A stretch of 63,128 bases of DNA, the filler included, from Aduncisulcus paluster (Eukaryota), in NCBI GenBank assembly GCA_024181965.1. It is 8 parts of 8 records of this genome, joined end to end, with 100 filler letters (N's around TTAATTAATTAA, not from the genome) between each part and the next. Parts side by side here need not be neighbours in the genome. Positions count along the whole stretch, not along the records: positions 1 to 5,372 come from BQXS01011014.1; positions 5,473 to 10,647 come from BQXS01011015.1; positions 10,748 to 16,355 come from BQXS01011016.1; 5 more parts are not named here. One strand, given 5' to 3'. Below, in pieces: positions 1-11,255 of the stretch (its first letter is position 1; each line of letters begins with the position of its first letter). The notes under the pieces were generated by a model that was not told the origin of the DNA, searched no databases, and saw nothing but the letters and a program-made list of their open reading frames with translations. Position numbers and translations under genes: made by a program.

Positions 1-1041
1 CACGGATGAGATATCACTGACAATTGTGCTGAGTTGGAGTTGGATAGATTCAAAATCCCTCATGAATTGTTTTTCTTTGAAAGTCTTGTCACGTTTCCTC
101 TTCAATTCATCCAGGGCTTCGCCTTCAATTCCTTTTCTTATAGCCAAATACATCAACGTTACGAGCATGTAACACAACCTTGGCGCTACTTCAGCAAGAA
201 GAGAGAAATTACGGTGGGATATTGTTGTACCAAATGGACGAAGGAAAGCTCTATCTTTATGGCCATCTTTAAGGATATCTATGGTGTCGGATCCAATATC
301 AAAGACCGATTTCTGTGTGCAACAGCTATTAATCACGAAAACAAATGAACTAAACACATAGGGCGACATCTGCGCAATACGATCGGGTAAGTCGGGACAC
401 TGAAAGAAATCAATATCATGATTTGTGAAATTTGAGAGCTCTGCTAAAAATAGTGAACATTGAGTGCCCAAAATAGGATTTACAGTGTTCTGAAGACATT
501 TTCGAATAAATGGACGGAAGGCTATTAGAAAAGAGCTTGAAAATACATTTCTGAGCATAGATTGTCGTAAAATTGCCATAATTACATTCATGGAATAATA
601 AAACTCTTGGGCAACAGTACAAGGTAAATCAATTACTTCTCCATTTGGCATGAGGCATATGAAAATCGAAGCTAAAAGGTATTGAATGTCTGAAAGGCTG
701 AAAATTGCTGAGTATTTCAGTTCAACAGCGATAGGTAACATCTCCGAAATTATCTCGAAGATGGAAATAGTAGTATCATTAATTACAATTTTTTGGGATG
801 TAATGAGTTTCTTTTTTTCTGCTTTGCTCATTAATTTAAATTGATTTAATCCAGTTCTCAGGTTACATGCTGACTGATGACAGACACTGTCTATTTTAAT
901 AAATTCTTTTTCTCCAATCGAATTATCAATTTTATATCGATGAAGTTTTGATATGGTTTTATCTAATCTTGATTTTTTAATTCCTCTCCTGTTGAGGCGT
1001 CCGTTTAATTCTCTGTTGAATATCTCACTCGTCAATGACAT
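1..1041 (-). CDS. Hypothetical protein, 3'-partial (347 codons; runs off the window, so absent from the ORF track)
   Basis: Manual translation from ATG at 1041 (MSLTSEIFNRELNGRLNRRG...) is stop-free down to position 1. No recognisable domain. Confidence 0.75.
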   Translation of the reverse strand, partial: MSLTSEIFNRELNGRLNRRGIKKSRLDKTISKLHRYKIDNSIGEKEFIKIDSVCHQSACNLRTGLNQFKLMSKAEKKKLITSQKIVINDTTISIFEIISEMLPIAVELKYSAIFSLSDIQYLLASIFICLMPNGEVIDLPCTVAQEFYYSMNVIMAILRQSMLRNVFSSSFLIAFRPFIRKCLQNTVNPILGTQCSLFLAELSNFTNHDIDFFQCPDLPDRIAQMSPYVFSSFVFVINSCCTQKSVFDIGSDTIDILKDGHKDRAFLRPFGTTISHRNFSLLAEVAPRLCYMLVTLMYLAIRKGIEGEALDELKRKRDKTFKEKQFMRDFESIQLQLSTIVSDISSV

Positions 1042-1489
1042 TATGAGGTGAAAATCGATAAATAAACTGTTAAAATGATTTTTTTAAAAATAAAAAGGAA
1101 TTGGAAGGAACGAAAAAGTACTTTATTTTCAATTGTCACAAATGGCGATGAATAAAAGCGAAAAGAGTAAAAAATAGCTCAGAATTAAGCATAATTTTGT
1201 TTCTCAACGAAAGAAAAAAGTTCTCAAAATGCTTCAAATTTGAAACAATACAAAGAAATAGTCAATTTCAGCTTTTCCTCGATCGCACAAGATAATTGAA
1301 ATACAATAAATAATATTTCAATTTGTAAGAATCGGAAGCCAAAAAAAATTTTTTTTTTAGAATGTAGAATTGATGTGTATTCGCATAAAACACAATTGGA
1401 ATTTTTGAAAAGTAAAAACATCGAAAAATTAAATAAAATTCATCAATTTATATAAGTTGATGAACGATAATAAATTATTTTCCGTTATT

Positions 1490-2425
1490 CTATTCCAACA
1501 AAGACATATTTTCATTTTGTTTGTTTCTCGCAGGAGTTTTCCTTGTGGACACAAAAATAAGTGAATTAAGGATATAAATTGTGTATTGGGCACAATCTGA
1601 AATTAATATCGTGTATCCATCACCTCCAGAACTGAACTGAACGAAAACGAAGACAACATTAACTCCACACAAAAGTGCATTAAGAATCGCCATCACAGTA
1701 AGTTTTATAATTAATGATTTCTGGGCGTTGGAGATGGCAACGAGGTTGGTGTATTTGATTTTCTTGGCGATAGAACATTGCGCCACAGCGATATAAATAA
1801 GATATCCACAAGCGATCACAGTTAGTAGAGACTGAACAACAGAGGGAATAATCACAAGACACCAATTGTTCCATTGACTATTCTGGAGTGTAAAGGTATC
1901 ATGGATCTCAAATGCAGCATAGATAGCATATCCAAGATAACTAAGGGTACAACCAAGAACAACGGTAATGAAAATAATAAAAGTAATACCAAAGACGGTT
2001 AAATAACGGGACGAACCCTTTGATCCCAATTTATAACGACTAAATGCGACAAAAAAGCAAGTCAATAAAAACAAAAAGACCAAAGAACTCGCAGCGTTAG
2101 ACAAATCAACAAGAATACTCTGTCCCAACTCAATGCCAAACGAAACTTCTTCCTTATAATCATCTTGACGACTGACAATAGCAGAGAATACCCTCAAAAC
2201 TGCAGAGAAGAGGCAACCTGATATCATGGAAACATAAAACCATGTTACGGACGAAAACATCATTTTATCTTTTTTAGCAAGGCCAGCTCCAACGGGATTA
2301 GAGGATAAATACTTCCTAGACTTGAGAAATAAAAGGATCACAGCAATTGTACAAGGAACTGCTATTATAGCAGAAATAATCATGCAGTAAAAAGCAGTTT
2401 TGTTATCAGTATCATTCCAATCCAT
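1490..2425 (-). CDS. Multi-pass (about 7 TM) membrane protein, GPCR-like topology
   Basis: ORF 1490..2434, first ATG at 2425 (MDWNDT). About seven hydrophobic segments, short N-terminus with an NxT site, short polar C-tail. Confidence 0.7.
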   Translation of the reverse strand: MDWNDTDNKTAFYCMIISAIIAVPCTIAVILLFLKSRKYLSSNPVGAGLAKKDKMMFSSVTWFYVSMISGCLFSAVLRVFSAIVSRQDDYKEEVSFGIELGQSILVDLSNAASSLVFLFLLTCFFVAFSRYKLGSKGSSRYLTVFGITFIIFITVVLGCTLSYLGYAIYAAFEIHDTFTLQNSQWNNWCLVIIPSVVQSLLTVIACGYLIYIAVAQCSIAKKIKYTNLVAISNAQKSLIIKLTVMAILNALLCGVNVVFVFVQFSSGGDGYTILISDCAQYTIYILNSLIFVSTRKTPARNKQNENMSLLE

Positions 2426-2816
2426 ATTTTTCAACAGATTGGTGTGTTAAACGGAAAATAGCTTGTTGATTTTGTCCTTACTTGACATTAATTTTTCCCG
2501 AATTCAAGAAATGATTTGCATTATATTCTCCATTATAATATCAAAAGTAAATTTTTAGTCCCTCAATTATTGTATTTTGGCTGGAACAGAATCAGGTATT
2601 CATATACGCTTAATTATAGAGAAATATGAAGCTATGATATAATACTTTTAAATGAAAAGAAACAGTATGATGAAATATGCTATTCATATGTATGATATTT
2701 ATCAAATGCGCCTTCCTGCCTTAAAATCACAATTTTGGCACTGTAATCTACGGAAAGCATATAATCTTGCCCTATTATTCTTTATATTTAAACATAATTA
2801 ATTTGAAAACCATCTA

Positions 2817-5372
2817 ATGTATCCAAATATAGCCATATATATCATTCTTATCATTTTTTTGTTATATGGAGCGGTATATGCTGAGTTTATTCCTAGATTT
2901 AATGTTTTCAGTTCTTCACCTGATAAAATATACTCAAACGAGGTGTCTTTTGTTGATTTAACTCCGAGTATCATTACTTCCACAGGATCGGTGACTTCAT
3001 GGAGTGATGTCGGTTGTTTACTTAACCATGGTGATGGTGACATTACAAAGCTTGATATGGTTAATATTTATCCCATAGAGCATACATATGACACGACTGG
3101 TGTCATAACCGTCAGTATTGTTTGTGCCGCTGACTCTACACTCGATGTTTCTGATTTTGAGACCTGCGAGGTATCAAGAACGTGTACAAGAATATCTAGA
3201 AAAATAGAGGTCTTTTCCAGATCTCAGGAGTATCTTAGAAATGTTAGTGGTGGTGCTAACATTGGAAGTGATTCTATTCTTGACTCCTATTTCCTCTCTG
3301 ATTATAACTCCAAAAATCCCTCCCCTCGCCGAGTTTATTCGTACAGAATATTCCTCGATGATGGCACTTCCTCCCCATCTATCCCTTCCTCTCATCCACA
3401 GTCAACCCCTCTTGCCCTTGAAGCTGACACGTCGTATACTATTCTAATCCAAGTATATAATCCAAATACTCCAGAGGGAACAGACAGGGACGAAGAAGCA
3501 GAAGAGCTCACGAAGATGTTTCACCAGGAAGGAATATATCCACGTGTTGCTGTCACTGCATCCAGTCTGATACCTGTTGATGATTGCTCTGTGTTTAACA
3601 TATCAACCGATGACGATGACTCATACATTAATTCTGCTCCTATTCTGCTCTCTCCCATCGAAAAGTCACTATTCGGTGCCGTTGGGTTTAGTGGACGGCC
3701 TCCATGCGTTAACTCTGATCTTCACGACGATATTAATGCGTGGAAACTGAATATCAAGACATCTGTGACCATAAAACGTGCCCCAATCCTCATTAGCAAC
3801 AACGGTTTGTGTATTCATGGTTCTTGCATCGAGAGTTTAATCACGCGTGTCTTGGTTTATCAACAAAGGTCGGTTGAAGGAACTTTGGGAACGGTCTTGG
3901 ACTATTCTGACACTGATCATCAAGCTTTTATTGATTCTAGTCCACCGATTAAAACATTTTCTATTTATAACCACCCATGCATGCATGAGCATCTTTTGGC
4001 CCTTCCTGTGGCGAAGTCTCCTTCTGATGTCGTCGATGGAACGTATGGAGATTACTCTTCTCTGCTTCTATTCGAGTCTTTGAGTGGGTTTCCATCCGGA
4101 ATATCGCTTTCTGCTGATGATGTGACGATGTTTGACCTTTCTCGGCACTTTGAAGATGATGTTCTCCCACTTCTGGACGATGATACAATTGACACAAATA
4201 CCTCAATTACCAACAAACAGAGCATCTGTTATGGATTAACACCACAATTGTGCTCGACAATGCGTATTCTTGATCTGAGTATTCTTGCCGATGGCTCGAT
4301 CTTTTTTGTGACCTCACGGGGGCTTGTCTTGGGCCGTCTTGTCGTGGGCAAAAGTCTTATTAACTTCGCCAAGACTATCCAATCTATGGTTTTCTATCCG
4401 TTGACAGCCACAGGGCACTATACACTTAACAAAAGAGAATTAATATATGGGTGGAACGAAATAGATCTCGATACAGGGCTCAATTTTTTTCCGCGAGTTT
4501 ATGTGCATTCTAATTTCAAATGTAGCGTCGATGGCGTCAATGGATGTGCCGATACGATACTGCATGAAGATAGCGAGGAAATTGATGGGTTTTGGAGTGG
4601 AGATACGTCAGAGGTTTCAAGTTTGGCCGATCTTTCATTGTCACAAGCTGCAACTCTGTTTGGAAGTCGATATGTGACGATATCTCTTCAGCGTTCGAAT
4701 GGAGGTAGCGTCGATTTCTCAATAGGAGATCTCAGACCGGTGTGGGTGACCCCCGAAGAAGATGTTCAACCTGCTTCGTGGGTTGTTCAGAGTGATCCAG
4801 CATCCCTGGTCGATCCTTTGTTACTAGATGTCTATTTCTTGCAGGACAATGCCGTGACCGATAGTGGTATTTATGATTATGATTATGCGATCTATCTTTC
4901 GCCTTTCTCCTCGTTCTCCATCCCTGTTATATCTGCTACTATTCCTGATGATGGAATAATGGCGGTTACATCGAGTACAACGAATAATTTATATATCATC
5001 ACGGGGGTCAAGGATGATTCCTCCGTTGCTAATGCATTGTTGCAGTGTAACTTGACATACATAAGCTCATTTCCAGTTTCTTCTTTCCTCACATCTTCCT
5101 CATATGGTTTCAGCGACTCTAATGCATGGGAAGTTGTTAGTACAGGGGAGATTTATGATGCCCGATCTATTCACCTCAATAGAGACGGCGTTGGTGTGAC
5201 AATCGTTGGGAGCAAAGTGTATTCTGGGTATTTGACTGGTGAACACATGGATATGACATCTTTAAGCAGCACTTCCGATGATCCCGTCATCAAAATACAG
5301 CAAGAACCACTCTCAAATGTCCCTGTCGTAGAGAGTGTTCGGTATAGAGAAGGTGGGGGAGGAAGTTATGGT
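2817..5372 (+). CDS. Large secreted/extracellular protein, 3'-partial; possibly CatSper auxiliary subunit (gamma/epsilon/beta)-like
   Basis: Signal peptide MYPNIAIYIILIIFLLYGAVYA; ORF open to the contig end. The family call rests on recalled motif order only (see findings). Confidence 0.6.
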
Positions 5373-5472
5373 NNNNNNNNNNNNNNNNNNNNNNNNNNNN
5401 NNNNNNNNNNNNNNNNTTAATTAATTAANNNNNNNNNNNNNNNNNNNNNNNNNNNNNNNNNNNNNNNNNNNN
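5373..5472. other. Artificial contig linker
   Basis: N44-TTAATTAATTAA-N44 (stop codons in all six frames). Confidence 0.98.
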
Positions 5473-5847
5473 GGATCCAAGAGGGTGATCAAAGCGGAAC
5501 CCTTCGTCCTTTGCCCATTTCAAAACGGATTTGAAAACTTTGGTTCCACTTCTGGTCAAAGCCTTGGCACCGGCATCTTCAGAAGGAGAAAGTTTCATTC
5601 TAGGATCAGCCTCACAAACCAATTTGGCGAGAAGGAAACCATCCATAAGTCCGGGCATTGGATCGTAATTCACATCCTCAGCAACGTTATCAGTAAAGTA
5701 GTTGGTGATTCCACTGGCACGACTGTAATCACGGAAGGCAAAGAAAACCAAACGACGTGCTCTCAGAAAGGCCTGAGCATCTTCGTTAAGTTCAAGATTA
5801 GAAGTTTTCTTGAACTGGAAACTCTTTTTCCATTCAGCAAAGCCCAT
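5473..5847 (-). CDS. Protein with possible calponin-homology (CH) domain, 3'-partial
   Basis: MGFAEWKK... contains LMDGFLLAKLVCEADP, resembling the CH-domain LxDGxxLxxLxxxxxP motif. Runs into the linker. Confidence 0.5.
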
Positions 5848-6475
5848 TCTTCAACAAGGGTAAGCAAAGAAAGAAGACACTCCATCTGTCGATTGTAAAA
5901 AAGAAAAAGAGCAATCTTATGCAGTATTATTGTATTTAGTCGATTGAAATTGAAGAATTTCATTTTTATTATTTAACCAGTCCATGATATTGGCAAAATT
6001 ATCATGAATTACACACGAATTATAATTTGGAGATAATTCACGAGAAATAGGAATTTTCAACACGAATCAAATATCACATTTCGTATAAATTGCGATTTAT
6101 TAATGATAATTAGAACTATAAATTTCATTTCATGACATTTCTTTCAAAATATGAGGAGTTAGTCATTCCTGATTCAGGATTCCTGAAATCGGAATCTTTA
6201 TTTGTCAGACTTCAAGTCTCAAAAGTTTTGCAGCTCATTTTCAAGTGCAATGAAATATCGTGATTTCAGATTGGGAGTACTATTAACTACATCTATAGAC
6301 TATAGTACAACGAAATTCTTTACAGTTCTGACATATAGTACGTTAATATTGTATTATTATTATAATGATAAGGATAAATAGGTCGACACATAAAAGAAGG
6401 TTGATACAAAAAGAAAAAAAAATTGATGTTAAAAAAGACAAAACCGACAGATGGCAAACTCAAAAAACAAACGTA

Positions 6476-7864
6476 TTATTTTTGAAGATAGTTGGGAGTT
6501 TGGATATCTTGCTCAAAGTTCATTCCAATTAAGATTCCGACAATGATGGCAAATAACAACCAGAATATCCAATGTTTAACAAACACGAAATAGCCACCTC
6601 TTGCCAGTTTCTTCAGCGGGGATAGCCTCTGTCTCTGTCTATAAGCACGATAGAGCAGACCACTAGCACCTATGCCGACGGTTCCATCGGCAACCTCAAG
6701 GAATCTCTTGGAAATGTCTTCTCCACACATATCTGAGAAAATATCCTGAGTTATCTTCCTTGCAACCTTATGGGAAGAAGACTTGGCGAAGGGAGATAGA
6801 ACAACTAAATCCTTGATACAAGAACCAAAGGAAGAGACTTGACGAATAAACAGGTCACGGCAGAAATTGATTTGTTTGGTACGAATCAATTGTATCTCTT
6901 CTCTCTCAGAGGGGGAAAGATCAACAGAACCAGAAGATTCCTCTTCCTTCTCTTCATCAACCTTCTTGCGTCTAGCATCAACAAGGCGTTCAGATATGAA
7001 GATTACAGGTTCCCAATGTGTTGGAATTAATCCTTGGATCTCTACACCTTCCAAAATACCATCTTTTGGCAGGATTACATCAAGAGTCGAGAGCCAAAAT
7101 TTAGCATTGAATTGCGTAGGACTTGTAACAATTAGAGATGGCCAAAATTTCATACCATCGGCCAATGCATGACCAAATGAGAAGGGAATACTAATATTCT
7201 CTTTGTTCGTCCCAATGAGATCGCCAACAAAAATCATCCTGGAAGGAACATGCAAGAACGCAGAATGATGGAAAGAATGGCCCGGAGTATTGATCACTTG
7301 TATGTCTCCAATAGTTTTGATATCTTTTCCAACAGGAATGACATCTTTTCCATCAACAGGATACACAGTTCCGTGCATGATCTCCATGAGAGGTTTTCCA
7401 TATACCTTGGTTGCGGATTTAATCAAGTTTGAGGGATCAATAATATGGGGGGCTGCAGCTTCATGACATACTACTTTTACAATGGGAATGCCCTCCGTCT
7501 CTTGAACAGCCTTTATCTCGTTATAAAGCCAGCCTACTCCACCACAATGATCTAAATGAGCATGAGTAACAAATAAATAACGAACATCTGCGATAGATCG
7601 CTTCAAAATTTGTTCAATTGCGTCCAAAACTGGCTTTGCCCACGGAGTACCAGAACTATCAACTAAACCAAGTCCTTCCTCTGAAGATATGATATAAATA
7701 GCTGTGGAAGCCCTACCAAATAATCCAGTATCAATTCTGAATATCCCGGGATCGGAGGATGGATTGAAATGTGATTGTGGTGAATATAATTTGAATTCAT
7801 GATGAATCATATCCCAATAAAAACATTCAACAAGAATATCATCTGAAGGGTGAACATATACCAT
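6476..7864 (-). CDS. Metallo-beta-lactamase-fold hydrolase with C-terminal TM helix
   Basis: THAHLDHCGG (HxHxDH), NTPGHSFHH, IFVGD and PTHW motifs; hydrophobic WIFWLLFAIIVGILIGM near the C-terminus. Confidence 0.9.
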   Translation of the reverse strand: MVYVHPSDDILVECFYWDMIHHEFKLYSPQSHFNPSSDPGIFRIDTGLFGRASTAIYIISSEEGLGLVDSSGTPWAKPVLDAIEQILKRSIADVRYLFVTHAHLDHCGGVGWLYNEIKAVQETEGIPIVKVVCHEAAAPHIIDPSNLIKSATKVYGKPLMEIMHGTVYPVDGKDVIPVGKDIKTIGDIQVINTPGHSFHHSAFLHVPSRMIFVGDLIGTNKENISIPFSFGHALADGMKFWPSLIVTSPTQFNAKFWLSTLDVILPKDGILEGVEIQGLIPTHWEPVIFISERLVDARRKKVDEEKEEESSGSVDLSPSEREEIQLIRTKQINFCRDLFIRQVSSFGSCIKDLVVLSPFAKSSSHKVARKITQDIFSDMCGEDISKRFLEVADGTVGIGASGLLYRAYRQRQRLSPLKKLARGGYFVFVKHWIFWLLFAIIVGILIGMNFEQDIQTPNYLQK

Positions 7865-8192
7865 TGCAGACGCAACAAAAACCGAGAATCAACGTCGTTG
7901 ATTCAACAAAGTTGATTCAACTTGAATTCTGCGGCTGATCAGGATAAAATTAGCTTGTATTTACTGGTATATTGTTTGACAAAATTATTAATATCGAGTT
8001 GGCCGAGAAGATAGAAAAATATCATATATTATGGTCAGGGGGGGAATAGACAAACAAAACATAAAAAGAAAACAATAAAATAAACATTAAATGCTGTAAG
8101 GAATATATATATCGGAAAGTGATAAATACAGGTGAAAAAAACAAAAAAGACATTTTCAGTGTGAAAAAGAGAGAATCATGGAATAAAAATCA

Positions 8193-9743
8193 TCAAAATA
8201 CCTTGCAATAATTGAAATTTGGATCTAAATAATCCATATCACCACTCAAAGTGATATATTCTGATGTATAAACAATTCCATCGTTTTGGATAGTAACATT
8301 AAGAAATCCTCCGATCGGACCAATAGAATACCTGCATCCAACCATCAGATCGTCGAGAAAATCGGAAAGTCCAACCATGCCATATATGGAAGCAAAAGCG
8401 TTCCAAGTTGTGACATCATCGATTGGAACATCATTAACCTGAACATCCAATGTCGTTATAGACCCAAGAATCCATGAGAATGCAGCCCCAGAGTCAATCG
8501 ATACAATGGCTGCGTGCATATCGAGATTCATATATCCGGTAGAAACAGACAACATCCAGCTTGAAGAGTCAGAGGAATACATATCGATTGAAAAGTCATA
8601 TTCAAATGGAAATGATACATATGTGGATTCAATCGTTGACAAGGGATGCTCAGAGAGAGTAAATGAAAGTCTCAATGGACAATCAGAACACATGGCATAG
8701 AGTTCTGGCATGGAGGAAGAGAACAGAGGATCAGAGGTATTAAAAGTGAGGGGGAAAGGGAACGAGGCCGGAGGAGAAGTGAGATCTTTGAAATCAAGGG
8801 CGTTGGAGACCCATAGCGAATAAGTAAAGGAGTCTATTACAGTCCGTGAGATAGAAACCTGAACTTCTGCATCTGTGACAATTTCTGGGAGATCAACATT
8901 TACAACTTCATCATACTTCCATTCAGTCCCATCAGAATTGTATTTTGAGAAGAAACCATTGGCACACCAAGTGATGAAGGATGGATTGCCCATATCATAG
9001 GAACCGAAGAGCCGGACATCTTGAACAAGGGGAAGGATCCCAACAGATTTGTCTCCATACTCCATAAACCAATAACGATAATGCGAAATCGCATTGGACA
9101 TCAAGGCAGGAATGTTTACATCGGCCCAATCAGAAACCATATTTGCGGCAAGTTGGAGCATGGTGGGCATCAAAAGGTTGAAAATATCACTAAGAAGTTC
9201 AGAAGAACCACCAGTGAAGTGAAAATTCACATTATTCATGGTGATGTCACTCTCAACGTTGGAGAGAGTAGGAAGATGAAGATCTTCATCTAAACTAAAA
9301 TTGGCAATAATATTAATATCAATATCATAAATACTCATTTCAACTGATCCACCGAGATGTGTATATGGGAAAACGACATCTTTAAGATCAAAATCCAAAG
9401 AAATAACGAGAGTCCCTTGATTTCCTGAACCAATAATATAATTAGGTGGACTAACATTGAAATCAACAGGAAACGATATCTGTTCAATTATGATATTGGA
9501 AAAGCAATAATCAAAAAAGGCAATACCAAAAGAAAGCGTTCCCTTGACATCTGGAAAAGATTCATCCATCATTGTTGCAAAAAATTCTTGTAAAGTGGTG
9601 TTTATATACTTATTCGCCATCTCGTGTGTCAGAGTAAAACGAATACCAGATTGCTCGTTCCCAGGAGAAGCTTGACAGAATGTATGCGAGAATATGGAAC
9701 ATGTTAAGCAAATAAAGAAAATAAAAATAAAATTCAGATACAT
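8193..9743 (-). CDS. BPI/LBP/CETP-like (TULIP) lipid-binding protein, secreted
   Basis: First ATG at 9743 followed by a signal peptide. About 515 aa with BPI-like segments (GIRFTLT, FPDVKG, NFHFTGGSSELL, QVSISRTVIDSFTYSLW, MPELYAMCSD). Confidence 0.75.
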   Translation of the reverse strand: MYLNFIFIFFICLTCSIFSHTFCQASPGNEQSGIRFTLTHEMANKYINTTLQEFFATMMDESFPDVKGTLSFGIAFFDYCFSNIIIEQISFPVDFNVSPPNYIIGSGNQGTLVISLDFDLKDVVFPYTHLGGSVEMSIYDIDINIIANFSLDEDLHLPTLSNVESDITMNNVNFHFTGGSSELLSDIFNLLMPTMLQLAANMVSDWADVNIPALMSNAISHYRYWFMEYGDKSVGILPLVQDVRLFGSYDMGNPSFITWCANGFFSKYNSDGTEWKYDEVVNVDLPEIVTDAEVQVSISRTVIDSFTYSLWVSNALDFKDLTSPPASFPFPLTFNTSDPLFSSSMPELYAMCSDCPLRLSFTLSEHPLSTIESTYVSFPFEYDFSIDMYSSDSSSWMLSVSTGYMNLDMHAAIVSIDSGAAFSWILGSITTLDVQVNDVPIDDVTTWNAFASIYGMVGLSDFLDDLMVGCRYSIGPIGGFLNVTIQNDGIVYTSEYITLSGDMDYLDPNFNYCKVF

Positions 9744-10192
9744 GACGAATAAATCAAAAGTATTCAAAGCTCATAAATGGCGAAAAAAGTCAAATATTTA
9801 CTGTGAATCATTTTCTCTGACACAAGTCAGAGCTTAAAATTAATATGCAGCCTCAAAGAAAATTCCAAATATCGCCTTTAAATATTTTTGCTCGGCATTT
9901 TTGCCATTTCTTTAAAGATTGGACGTGTAGATGACCATTTGTTTATTGGATAGTTTGACATAAATGAAGCCACTTTGAATAGGTAAATCACTTAAACACA
10001 CACATTTTACACTCGTTGATCGTCCCGCAATAATTCAAAATATTCCCGTTTTGATCCTCAAATAACAATATCATGAGAAGATGTCAACAGCAATCGATGA
10101 AGAGTTAAGTGAGGGATATTATAAGTTTTCTCCTTCAAAGACAACAACAATGGGATGGATTCGCCTCTATTCTATCTCACTCTGTTTACATT

Positions 10193-10647
10193 CTATTTGT
10201 GTTGTTTGAGATCATACACAGTCCACGTAGATTCAAGCCACTCTCTCTTATCCCTTGTGACATACCCACGGGAGATGGCACGCTCGGTGTACATCCGGAC
10301 GCGCTGCCGTGTCTCCATACATACATGGGGAGCTATATGCCTGACAAACCATTTATCACATGTCTTGCGAGCGTTTGTATGAAGAACAGCAATCGTCAAG
10401 TCACTCTTGGAAATGGCGTCTTTGAGAAGAGAGGATGAGAATAGGGAGCGTGGGAACATTTGGGTAAGCTCAAGAGACTTTAATGCGCCAGATGAGCCCT
10501 TGGTCGTGTCAAGCTTATTCACAAGAGCATAGAAATCAACACAAAGCGATGAGCATAGATTCGACACACGAGAGGCACATGCAGGCGTGAGTGAGGACAA
10601 ACGGAATGACGATGATGTGATACTGAGCTTGGGTACAGATTGCTTGT
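10193..10647 (-). CDS. C-terminal fragment of a hypothetical protein (5'-partial)
   Basis: Frame open from the contig edge (KQSVPKLSITSS...) to the stop at 10193. Confidence 0.5.
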
Positions 10648-10747
10648 NNNNNNNNNNNNNNNNNNNNNNNNNNNNNNNNNNNNNNNNNNNNTTAATTAAT
10701 TAANNNNNNNNNNNNNNNNNNNNNNNNNNNNNNNNNNNNNNNNNNNN
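10648..10747. other. Artificial contig linker
   Basis: N44-TTAATTAATTAA-N44. Confidence 0.98.
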
Positions 10748-10944
10748 TAATAAACTGAATTAGTTTTTATCAATCGAGCAGAGAGCAGAGAAGAGTGAGA
10801 ACGATTCGAGAAGCAAAGAAAACCAGAAGAATAGCTTCTCTGCCAAGAAGTCGATGATATATTCACAAAATTCATGGATTTCAACTGTAACTCATCAGCA
10901 TATTTTGTCACCTTATAATCCACTATGTAAACAAATGTCGAAGT

Positions 10945-11195
10945 TATGAAACGATTTCGTGTCAGGAGTGGACTCACAAGGATGGCATGCAATATATGAT
11001 AGAAAGAAAAATGACCATATAAATTTATTTATATATTGTATGATATTGCTTCCTGAGGTTGTCATTCGCGACTTTGTGTTTTCGTCTTCTGCTTTTCCTT
11101 CGTTGCAAGCAATACAAGATTTACTGTATGTCATATATTTCATTAATTGCGCATTAAGACATATTTTATGCGATGTCATGCAATTATATTCACTG
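10945..11195 (+). repeat. Dispersed non-coding element, copy 1 (homologous to 62722-62976)
   Basis: Exact 29-mer TGTCAGGAGTGGACTCACAAGGATGGCAT at 10960-10988 and 62745-62773, with colinear diverged similarity for about 250 bp. Confidence 0.85.
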
Positions 11196-11255
11196 TATTG
11201 TAATTAAATTTTTGTTTTAAATTTTTTCTTAGATCCCGACTCTTTTCCATTGGCA

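Noticed and set aside
11126-11232. Possible 5' intron GTATGT...TTCTTAG before the 11256 gene
   Set aside because: No clear branch point, not needed for the ORF, and the homologous copy has ATATGT at the donor position.
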